A stretch of 64,000 nt of DNA from an uncultured Candidatus Saccharibacteria bacterium (GTDB lineage Bacteria; Patescibacteriota; Minisyncoccia; Phycocordibacterales; UBA9973). Each line of letters starts with the position of its first letter. Position 1 is the first letter of the stretch. The notes beneath the pieces are model-generated. The model did no database searches. It worked only from the letters and a program-made list of their open reading frames with translations, and was not told where the DNA came from. Positions 16,923 to 25,223 of the stretch are shown one piece after another. Both the position numbers and the translations under genes were made by a program. The stretch is taken from positions 23,118-87,117 of the forward strand of contig CAZBZO010000004.1 in assembly GCA_964496425.1 (NCBI GenBank), written 5' to 3'.

Positions 16923-19900
16923 ATGAGCTCCAAATTCGTTCATCTCCACACCCACTCCCACTATTCCCTCCTCGATGGACTCTCCAAAATTCCTGACATG
17001 GTGAAGATCGCAAAAAAGGCCGGCATGACAGCGATCGCTCTCACTGACCACGGCAACATGTACGGCGCAATTGAATTTTATAAAACATGCAAAGCCGAAG
17101 GCATCAAGCCTATCATCGGGGTTGAAGCCTACATGGCCGAGCGCAGTCTTGAACAAAAAGAATCCGGCATTGATTCCCGCCGCTACCACCTCACTCTGCT
17201 CGCCAAAAATGCCGACGGCTACAAAAATCTCATTCGTCTCGTGACCATCGCCAACCTTGAAGGCTACTACTACAAGCCGCGCATGGACCGCCGAATCCTC
17301 CGCGAATATCACGATGGCATTATCTGCCTCTCCGGCTGTATGGGGAGCGAACTCTCGCAAGCTATTCTCGGTGACAATATAGAAAAAGCTGAAGCCACTA
17401 TTCTCGACTACCAAGATATTTTTGGTAAAGAAAATTATTTTTTGGAGGTGCAATGTCACCCACACGTCGAAGGCGACAAGAAGCTCCGCGACGGCATCGT
17501 TGCCCTCGGCAAAAAATTCGGTATTCCGCTTGTGGCTACGTCTGACTCACATTATCCCTGCGTCGATGATCACAAAGCCCATGAAACACTACTCGCTATT
17601 CAAACAGGCTCCGACGGCACAACAGAAAATAAATTCACCTTCGGTGTTGATGATTATTCTTTGATCGACGAAGCGGAGGCTCTCAAAACATTTGCTGAAC
17701 TCCCCGAGGCGGTAGAAAATACGATGAAGGTCGCCGACATGTGCGATATTGAGCTTGCATTGGGCTCATGGGTCTTCCCTGATCTCAATCTTCCGGACGG
17801 CCTCTCGGCGGATGAAATGCTCCACGGTCTGGCTTTTGCTGGTTTTGAAAAGCGTAATCTTGAAAAGAATCCGGAAGCGCTAGAGCGTTTAGACTATGAG
17901 CTCGGCATCATCAAAATGAAAGGCTATGCGCCATATTTCTTGGTCGTGGGAGATCTTCTGCGCTTTGCACGAGAAAGCGGTATTCTCACCACCATTCGAG
18001 GCTCGGTCGCCGGATCGCTCACCACCTATCTTCTCGGTATTACCAACGTCAATCCATTTGAATACAATTTGCCGTTTGAACGCTTCCTCAATCCCGAGCG
18101 TCCCTCACCACCTGATATCGATATGGACTACGCCGATAACAGACGCGACGAAATGATTGAATACGCCAAGCAGAAGTACGGCGCTGATAAAGTGGCTCAG
18201 ATCGGTACTTTCGGCACCATGATGGCTCGTGGAGCGGTGCGAGACGTGGCGCGAGCACTGGGCTATCCCTATGGTATTGGAGATCGCATCTCCAAACTCA
18301 TCCCGCTTGGTTCGCAAGGTTTTCCGATGACCATCAACCATGCTATGGAACTCGTCGATGAGCTCAAAAAAGCGTACGACAAAGAAAGTGACACTAAGAT
18401 CATTATTGATCTTGCGAAAAAACTCGAAGGCTGCGTGCGCCACATCAGCGTCCATGCCGCAGGCGTCGTGATCGCTCCGCGGCCACTTTCGGAATTCACG
18501 CCGATTCAGCTCGATCCCAAAGGCGGCAAAGTTATCACGCAATACGATATGTATTCGATCGAAGATGCTGGGCTTTTAAAATTTGATTTTCTGGGTATCA
18601 GAAACCTCGCCATCCTAGGAGATGCAGTCACACTCGTAAAAAACAGACGCGAGATTGATATTGATATTGAAAACATTCCGCTTGATGACAAGCGTACCTT
18701 TGCACTTCTTGCCCGCGGCGATACCGTCGGACTCTTCCAGTTGAATGGGTCGGGACTCACACGGTTCTTGAAAGAGCTTAAGCCGACGACGATCCATGAC
18801 ATCAACGCCATGGTGGCGCTCTATCGTCCGGGGCCGATGCAGTTTATTCCAGACTACATCGCCCGCAAACACAATGCTTCGCTCATTCATTATTTTGATC
18901 CAGCGCTTGAAAGTATATTGAAGCGGACCTACGGTATTTTGGTCTACCAGGACGACCTCCTCACCATCGCGCACGACCTGGCCGGGTACACTTGGGGCGA
19001 AGTCGATAAATTCCGCAAAGCAGTCGGTAAAAAAATCCCAGAAGAAATGGAAGCCCAACGTGAAAAATTTATTCACGGCTGCGTGAAGACTTCCGGCTGG
19101 CCGCAGAAAAAAGCTGAGCGTATTTGGACGTGGATTGAACCGTTCGCAGCGTATGGATTCAACAAGGCCCATGCTGCCTCTTACGGGCGCGTAGCGTACC
19201 AGACGGCCTACATGAAAGCCAACTTTCCTGTCGAATATATGTGTGCAATCATGACTGCCGAGAGCGGTGATACGGAAAAAGTCGCCGAAATTATTTCTGA
19301 ATGCGAAAAAATGGGCATCACGGTCTTGCCGCCTGACGTAAACGAAAGCGCTGGCGGATTTACTGTGATATCGAGCAATGACAAAAAAGATGCTGATGGT
19401 AAGCTTGGTGTCATTCGCTTCGGGCTCTATACGATCAAAAATCTCGGGACAGATATCTCCGACGCTATCATAGCCGAGCGGGTGGCTAGCGGAACATTCG
19501 CTTCCCTTGCAAACTTTATTGAGCGCATCAAACACAAAAATCTCAATAAAAAATCCCTCGAGGCCCTCATCAAAAGTGGCACCATGGATTCGTTTGGCGA
19601 ACGCGGTAAGCTTTTCGGCAATGTAGAATTTATGCTTCGCTACAACAAAGAGCTCGGCGGCAATGAAAACCAGACATCACTCTTTGGCGACATGAAGGAT
19701 GCCTCTGCTCCACTGACGCTTGAAGAACATCCTGCCGCGACCCAAGAAGAAAAGCTTGGGTGGGAAAAAGAACTCTTGGGCCTCTATGTCTCTGGCCATC
19801 CGCTTGATAAGTACAAACACATACTCTCCAAAAATCAGGTTTCGATTAAACGAATCAGAGAAGAGCTTTTAAACGGTATGCCGATTCAGATCGGGTGTAT

Positions 19901-20120
19901 TATTGAGGAAGTTAAAATTATTATTACAAAAAAGAACGACCGCATGGCGTTTCTGCGAGTCGCAGACTTCTCCGGTAGTATCGAGGGGGTGATATTCACC
20001 AAGCCGTTCAAAGAACATATGGAAATTCTTGTCGCTGACGTTTGCATCGCTCTCTCCGGCCGAGTATCCGAGCGAAATGGTGAAAAAAGTATTGTAGTAG
20101 AGATGGTGAAGAAGTTATAA
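16923..20120 (+). CDS. dnaE: DNA polymerase III alpha subunit
   Basis: PHP domain HLHTHSHYSLLDG and TDHG, RGSVAGS, PDIDMD, KFDFLG, YGFNKAHA, C-terminal OB fold. Confidence 0.98.
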   Translation: MSSKFVHLHTHSHYSLLDGLSKIPDMVKIAKKAGMTAIALTDHGNMYGAIEFYKTCKAEGIKPIIGVEAYMAERSLEQKESGIDSRRYHLTLLAKNADGYKNLIRLVTIANLEGYYYKPRMDRRILREYHDGIICLSGCMGSELSQAILGDNIEKAEATILDYQDIFGKENYFLEVQCHPHVEGDKKLRDGIVALGKKFGIPLVATSDSHYPCVDDHKAHETLLAIQTGSDGTTENKFTFGVDDYSLIDEAEALKTFAELPEAVENTMKVADMCDIELALGSWVFPDLNLPDGLSADEMLHGLAFAGFEKRNLEKNPEALERLDYELGIIKMKGYAPYFLVVGDLLRFARESGILTTIRGSVAGSLTTYLLGITNVNPFEYNLPFERFLNPERPSPPDIDMDYADNRRDEMIEYAKQKYGADKVAQIGTFGTMMARGAVRDVARALGYPYGIGDRISKLIPLGSQGFPMTINHAMELVDELKKAYDKESDTKIIIDLAKKLEGCVRHISVHAAGVVIAPRPLSEFTPIQLDPKGGKVITQYDMYSIEDAGLLKFDFLGIRNLAILGDAVTLVKNRREIDIDIENIPLDDKRTFALLARGDTVGLFQLNGSGLTRFLKELKPTTIHDINAMVALYRPGPMQFIPDYIARKHNASLIHYFDPALESILKRTYGILVYQDDLLTIAHDLAGYTWGEVDKFRKAVGKKIPEEMEAQREKFIHGCVKTSGWPQKKAERIWTWIEPFAAYGFNKAHAASYGRVAYQTAYMKANFPVEYMCAIMTAESGDTEKVAEIISECEKMGITVLPPDVNESAGGFTVISSNDKKDADGKLGVIRFGLYTIKNLGTDISDAIIAERVASGTFASLANFIERIKHKNLNKKSLEALIKSGTMDSFGERGKLFGNVEFMLRYNKELGGNENQTSLFGDMKDASAPLTLEEHPAATQEEKLGWEKELLGLYVSGHPLDKYKHILSKNQVSIKRIREELLNGMPIQIGCIIEEVKIIITKKNDRMAFLRVADFSGSIEGVIFTKPFKEHMEILVADVCIALSGRVSERNGEKSIVVEMVKKL

Positions 20121-20126
20121 AAAATT

Positions 20127-20153
20127 AAGCACCAACCCATGAGGTTGGTGCTT
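20127..20153. terminator. terminator between convergent dnaE and orphan genes
   Basis: AAGCACCAACC-CATGA-GGTTGGTGCTT. Confidence 0.7.
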
Positions 20154-20173
20154 CTGCGATATTGTGTTTAGTA

Positions 20174-20530
20174 TTAAGGTATCATAAATACCCTCTCTTC
20201 AATCTTCCCCTCTGGATGAACAAGAGCGAAAGCATTCGGGAAAACAGGTGTAGTATCCGATGCGTACCCAAAGTCCTTAGTTGCGACATTGTAATATGGA
20301 TAACCCTCTTTTTCCGGAACCAGGGAATATATTCGTAAAACAGTGGCTCCGTCAATCTCTTTTTCCAAATTCTCTCCATCCATTTTAAGGGGTGTAGTGG
20401 AATGGAATTGGGAGCGTGCAAGAATATATAACTTTAATGCCTCAAAATTTGCTGGGTTTTGAGTGTGCCCGGCCAAATGCGAGGCAGGAAGGTAGTGATG
20501 CGGCCTCCAGATTGCTATCAGTTTCATCAT
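20174..20530 (-). CDS. hypothetical protein
   Basis: 118-aa ORF whose ATG overlaps the TGA of the upstream small ORF (ATGA coupling). Confidence 0.65.
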   Translation of the reverse strand: MMKLIAIWRPHHYLPASHLAGHTQNPANFEALKLYILARSQFHSTTPLKMDGENLEKEIDGATVLRIYSLVPEKEGYPYYNVATKDFGYASDTTPVFPNAFALVHPEGKIEERVFMIP

Positions 20531-20670
20531 TGTTCAGTTTTTTCAGGTGAAGAAAAGAAATTTAATATTCGTTCAATTATCTCTAGGTCGCAAAGAAGCC
20601 AGAGTGTTATAAAGCAAATTGCCAAACCCAATAGTGGATATGGTTCAAGAAATTGCTGTAAATATTCCAT
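20527..20670 (-). CDS. 47-aa small membrane protein (not in ORF track)
   Basis: MEYLQQFLEPYPLLGLAICFITLWLLCDLEIIERILNFFSSPEKTEQ*; one TM helix; ATGA overlap with the next gene. Confidence 0.55.
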   Translation of the reverse strand: MEYLQQFLEPYPLLGLAICFITLWLLCDLEIIERILNFFSSPEKTEQ

Positions 20671-20697
20671 GAGGATTAGTTTTTAAAAAGCATGAAA

Positions 20698-20832
20698 TTA
20701 TTTAATTTCTGTCATCTTTTGAATGCCTTTTATGAGAAAGTAAATTACCCATAGCCAAAATAAGACAGTCAATGCCCAAGAACCTTCCCATTCGGAAACG
20801 CTCCTGAAAAATTCAAGAAAACGTTCTCCCAT
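20698..20832 (-). CDS. 44-aa small membrane protein (not in ORF track)
   Basis: MGERFLEFFRSVSEWEGSWALTVLFWLWVIYFLIKGIQKMTEIK*; one TM helix with a basic tail. Confidence 0.55.
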   Translation of the reverse strand: MGERFLEFFRSVSEWEGSWALTVLFWLWVIYFLIKGIQKMTEIK

Positions 20833-20941
20833 AGTGATGATTTTTAGGTTTAAATTTTCTCTACTTTACAATAAAATTCATACAAACACAAGCATGTTCC
20901 TACCTTTAATTCAAAGACCCTTTGTGTTAGCATAAGGCAAT

Positions 20942-22720
20942 ATGGATACTGAAAAACTCTCTCATGTGCGCCATACCCTGGCCCACCTTTTAGCCCAAGC
21001 GGTACAGACTCACTATAAAGACGCCAAGCTGACGCTTGGTCCGGCGATCGACGACGGATTTTATTACGACATCGATTTTGGAGAAGATAAACTCACCGAA
21101 GACACGCTCGCAGAAATCGAAAAGACCATGAGAAAAAATCTCCCGTCTTGGACAGCATTTACTCATCAAGAAGTGAGCAAAGAAGAAGCCGAAAAGATTT
21201 TTGTCGGTAATCCATTCAAGCTCGAACTTATCAAAGAAATTGCCGAACGTGCCGCCTCCGCAGAAGGCTCCGGCGAGCCGAGGGAGAAAATTACGCTCTA
21301 CACATGCGGAGGCTTTACGGACCTCTGCCGCGGTGGGCATGCAGAAAATCCAGCCGAAGAAATTGCCCCTGACTCTTTCAAACTCGATCGTGTTGCTGGC
21401 GCATACTGGCGTGGAGATGAAAAAAATAAAATGCTGACTCGTATTTATGGTTTGGCTTTTGCATCCAAGAGCGACCTCGATGCCTATATCGTCCAACAAG
21501 AAGAAGCCAAGAAGCGTGACCACCGCAAGCTCGGGCGCGAACTTGATCTTTTTGCTTTTTCGGATCTTGTGGGAGTCGGTATGCCACTTTTTACTCCGAA
21601 AGGAAATATTGTTCGCGAAGAGATCATAGGATTTTCACGTGAACTCAACAAAGAACTTGGCTTCGGTGAAGTACATACTCCAAATATAAACAAAGCAGAA
21701 TTGTTTAAGATTTCAGGCCATTATGATAAGTATAAGGAAGATATGCTCTCAGTACGATCACAGTATGTATCAGATGAAATGTTTTTGAAGCCCATGAACT
21801 GTCCGCAACATACCCAAATATACGCATCAGCACCACGGAGTTATCGCGACTTACCGATTCGTTATTCCGATTTTGCAGTACTGTATCGAGATGAACGACC
21901 AGGAGAAATGTCGGGCTTAACACGTTTGCGGTCTTTCTCTCAAGACGATGGACACATTTTCTGCCGAGAAGATCAAATAGAAAGTGAAATTTCAAATATT
22001 CTTGCCGCTATACAAAAAGCACTTACGACGTACGGCATTGGATACTGGATGCGACTTTCCTTGCGCGATCCAAACAAAAAAGAGAAATACTTGGGCACTG
22101 ATGAAATCTGGGAAAAATCAGAAGGTCTCATGCGTACTCTCTTGACCGAAAAACAAATCACCCACAAAGAAGCACTCGGCGAGGCTGCCTTCTATGGTCC
22201 CAAAATTGACATTATGGCAATCGACGCGATAGGACGGGAATGGCAGATTTCAACTGTCCAACTAGACTTCAACCAACCAGCGCGGTTTGAGCTTGAATTC
22301 ACCGACAAAGATGGATTGCGGAAAACACCAGTGATGATTCACCGCGCTCTCATCGGCTCCCCTGATCGCTTCTTAGGTATATTGATTGAGCATTATGCTG
22401 GCGCTTTCCCTACCTGGCTCGCGCCTATCCAAGTCGCACTTGTACCGGTCAAAGAAGAGCATGAGGCTCATGCCAAGATCCTGGAAGGAAAACTTCGCGA
22501 GCATTCTATTCGTACTGAAATAGTAACCGGCAACGAAAGCCTCGGTAAGCGCATTCATGCAGCCAAAAAAATGAATACACCGTATGTGATCGTTCTCGGT
22601 GACAAAGAAGCAAGTGGCAGTCTCACCGTCGAGACGCGCACTGAAAAACTTGAAGGAGTGACGATCGAAGCATTGCTCGAACGTCTCAGTAGCGAAGTGA
22701 AAAATCGAATTTTAAATTAA
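20942..22720 (+). CDS. thrS: threonyl-tRNA synthetase (no TGS domain)
   Basis: RHTLAHLL, DLCRGGH, GAYWRGD, KRDHRKLG, KPMNCP, AAFYGPKID, MIHRA. Confidence 0.97.
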   Translation: MDTEKLSHVRHTLAHLLAQAVQTHYKDAKLTLGPAIDDGFYYDIDFGEDKLTEDTLAEIEKTMRKNLPSWTAFTHQEVSKEEAEKIFVGNPFKLELIKEIAERAASAEGSGEPREKITLYTCGGFTDLCRGGHAENPAEEIAPDSFKLDRVAGAYWRGDEKNKMLTRIYGLAFASKSDLDAYIVQQEEAKKRDHRKLGRELDLFAFSDLVGVGMPLFTPKGNIVREEIIGFSRELNKELGFGEVHTPNINKAELFKISGHYDKYKEDMLSVRSQYVSDEMFLKPMNCPQHTQIYASAPRSYRDLPIRYSDFAVLYRDERPGEMSGLTRLRSFSQDDGHIFCREDQIESEISNILAAIQKALTTYGIGYWMRLSLRDPNKKEKYLGTDEIWEKSEGLMRTLLTEKQITHKEALGEAAFYGPKIDIMAIDAIGREWQISTVQLDFNQPARFELEFTDKDGLRKTPVMIHRALIGSPDRFLGILIEHYAGAFPTWLAPIQVALVPVKEEHEAHAKILEGKLREHSIRTEIVTGNESLGKRIHAAKKMNTPYVIVLGDKEASGSLTVETRTEKLEGVTIEALLERLSSEVKNRILN

Positions 22721-22742
22721 ATCCTCAGACTAATTTTTCTAT

Positions 22743-24278
22743 CTACTCGACGGGTTCCTCTTCATCCAAAAGACCGAGTTGATTGGCGCGCTCAGACAAG
22801 GCAGAATAGATATCTTGTTGCATTTTTTGTTGCAAATACGCTGAACGTTCATACCTGAAAAAAAGTACCTTCCAATACGGTATGCGTTGTGAATCTGTAA
22901 GTGTTTTAAACTCAGAAAAAAGCGTGGCAAGTGCGTTGCGCATGTTCTGCGCTATAGTATCGAGTACTTCAAACAACTCCTTATGATGAGAGAAATAAGC
23001 GCCTATCATCCGTCTGTCGCCGCTAAAGAAAATCGAGGTTAGTTTTATCGACAAATCTTCGATCTCGGGTTTGATAGTTATCTCTTTCGTAAAATAATTT
23101 TCATGAATTTGGTTAACAAGCGTTTGATTCAAATCTTCAAACTCTTCTTCCAAATTACCTAAGGAAGTATTGCTTTCTTTACTTGCATCGAAGATAGTTG
23201 CAATTTCTTTATAGTGACTACCAGGATTTCTTTCTTCTTGTTTTAATGCTTCCCGAATAATGTATGTCAGCTCATCATATAAACCATTATTCTGCAAATT
23301 GCTAAAATCAGTAGATGCAAAATTATGCTCGCCAAAAATAGTCTCGAGATTTTTTACCGTTAACCCTGAATCTGACGATGATTCATCATTTGGTGAATGG
23401 CGTAGTAGAGAGTACATATCTATTTTGTCATCAACTTTCATGTGTATTAAGTCTCTTTGGAAAAGAATATGCACCAAAGCATTGACCGTGTGGCGAGCAA
23501 TCGCTACATCACGTCTATCTTCGAAGTCATAGATATCTTTATCGGATCGCATAAATTGTCCAGCGCCTCTTGTAGACCGAGTATTTGCAGAGAGCCAAAT
23601 AGACTTCTCGTATTTACTCTGAAGATCGGCATAGTATTTTGAAATAAAATGCTCCTCGAGAACGTTTTTTGTTGATTCCCGAGTCACACGAAACATGCTG
23701 CGCATATACTCATTGTCGAGGATTTGCTCTTCTGTTTTTTCGTTTCCGCTCCCGCTTCCAACATACGCAAGTACCTCTTTTTTATCCGCAAGTTTCAATC
23801 CGAACCATTCACTCGTCGTTTGAATGCCGCTTTTACGAAGGAGCGCCAGGGCACGAAAAATATTTTCGTTGCCATGCTCTTTGGCAATGCTATTTTGAAG
23901 TATTTCAAAACCTCTCTCGTCCAATGCCGCAAGGTCGGGGTACGGTAACATCATTCTTTGTTTTTGAGATTTATCATTAAGATCATGGTCTTCGAGATCG
24001 TTTGCATGCACCAGCCAGTCATAATAATATGGCTCGCTTAGAGCAAGATTGCTACCATTTCTCCCCTCAGGGACGTGTTCAAGTATATTAACTATGTTTT
24101 TCTTAAACTCATTGGAAACAGGCTTATCACGATAATCAAACACTGATGACATATGCAATCGGTGGAGCTTTCCGACGAGATCTTGTTTTGAAGAACGCAT
24201 ACGCTCCCTAGCTTCTGGCGAAGTAAAATAGGAAGGTGGAAGAGAAAGTGTATGACTGTGGGGAAGCTGTTCGTGCAT
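22743..24278 (-). CDS. hypothetical protein (511 aa orphan)
   Basis: Long open frame with TATAAT 6 nt upstream of the ATG; no motif recognised. Confidence 0.75.
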   Translation of the reverse strand: MHEQLPHSHTLSLPPSYFTSPEARERMRSSKQDLVGKLHRLHMSSVFDYRDKPVSNEFKKNIVNILEHVPEGRNGSNLALSEPYYYDWLVHANDLEDHDLNDKSQKQRMMLPYPDLAALDERGFEILQNSIAKEHGNENIFRALALLRKSGIQTTSEWFGLKLADKKEVLAYVGSGSGNEKTEEQILDNEYMRSMFRVTRESTKNVLEEHFISKYYADLQSKYEKSIWLSANTRSTRGAGQFMRSDKDIYDFEDRRDVAIARHTVNALVHILFQRDLIHMKVDDKIDMYSLLRHSPNDESSSDSGLTVKNLETIFGEHNFASTDFSNLQNNGLYDELTYIIREALKQEERNPGSHYKEIATIFDASKESNTSLGNLEEEFEDLNQTLVNQIHENYFTKEITIKPEIEDLSIKLTSIFFSGDRRMIGAYFSHHKELFEVLDTIAQNMRNALATLFSEFKTLTDSQRIPYWKVLFFRYERSAYLQQKMQQDIYSALSERANQLGLLDEEEPVE

Positions 24279-24330
24279 AAAAGTATTATATGCTGTATTT
24301 TTAATTCAACATACACACGTTCGGCCTTTG

Positions 24331-24870
24331 TTACTGGCCGAGTTTTGCGGTAAGATCACGCAGCGCATTGCCACGATGGGAATAGGTGTTTTTTTCTTCA
24401 GGCGTTGACTCTGCCATGACTTTTTCTCTACCTTCTGGTACGAGGAAACAATCAAATTCAAATAGATCGACTGGTGCTGGCACAACCGTGCCATGGACGC
24501 TTCCCTCGCCGACAATAAGCGTGTCTTTGTCTTTCATGAGTGCAAGTCTACATACTGCATGAGCCTTCGTGTCAGCAAAACGACGGGACACCTCCACAGC
24601 CGGCATTGCCTCCCAAAAATCGCGCGAATATGGGCCAGGAAAACCATTGAGCTCAGCGAGATGAAAAGACACATCATCCACCAAAACTGGCTTTTGAAAA
24701 TGCTCATATGCTTGTTTTACTTTATGCGCCAAAATCTTCTCCGGTGTACCTTGGATCTCATAGGCATCAGGCACCATTCCCTGCTCGCAATCAAAAAACT
24801 CCTTGAGGTATGCCTCAAGCTCTTTGTATTTGTAGGCGTTGCCAGTGACTATGATAAGTGAAGGTTTCAT
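24331..24870 (-). CDS. Ham1/RdgB-family non-canonical purine NTP pyrophosphatase
   Basis: TGNAYK, EIQG, VDD, LNGFPGPY, KNTYSHRGNA. Confidence 0.9.
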   Translation of the reverse strand: MKPSLIIVTGNAYKYKELEAYLKEFFDCEQGMVPDAYEIQGTPEKILAHKVKQAYEHFQKPVLVDDVSFHLAELNGFPGPYSRDFWEAMPAVEVSRRFADTKAHAVCRLALMKDKDTLIVGEGSVHGTVVPAPVDLFEFDCFLVPEGREKVMAESTPEEKNTYSHRGNALRDLTAKLGQ

Positions 24871-24900
24871 AGTTGCAATCTAATAACCTTTACATGAGAA

Positions 24901-25221
24901 CTAAGAATTAAGTAGATTAAATTTTAAGCGATACTTACATGAGTCTTCAACGATGTGAAGATCATCATGTGTTGTACTGCTCTCAGCGGTACACATATTA
25001 ATTCTTTGTATGGGGCATTCTTTTGCTACCGAAAAAATAATAACTGAAAATACAATATTTGAATACTCACAAGTTTCACAAATAGATTCGCCGACTACTC
25101 CTGGACTGCACGCACAATCTGATTTTTGACAAGTAAAAAATTTAGGTTTCCCTGTTACAAGACCAGGGAGAACAAACCCGATACATATTATAACAGCTAG
25201 GACAATAATAAATATTTTCAT
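24901..25221 (-). CDS. small Cys-rich exported/membrane protein
   Basis: N-terminal hydrophobic helix and multiple Cys; AT-rich; directly downstream of gyrB. Confidence 0.6.
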   Translation of the reverse strand: MKIFIIVLAVIICIGFVLPGLVTGKPKFFTCQKSDCACSPGVVGESICETCEYSNIVFSVIIFSVAKECPIQRINMCTAESSTTHDDLHIVEDSCKYRLKFNLLNS

Positions 25222-25223
25222 AA

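Noticed and set aside
16884-17465. N-terminal extension of the 397-aa ORF 16272..17465
   Set aside because: It is the antisense shadow of dnaE; RNase HII similarity starts at ATG 16883, which has its own -10 box.
18615-19535. 306-aa antisense ORF inside dnaE, and many similar shadow ORFs in the track
   Set aside because: They lie wholly within well-supported genes on the other strand or frame and show no motifs.
16923-20120. Intein in DnaE, or split-intein explanation for the helicase halves
   Set aside because: DnaE length and motifs are continuous, and no intein block motifs (N-terminal C/S, C-terminal HN) occur at the helicase junctions.
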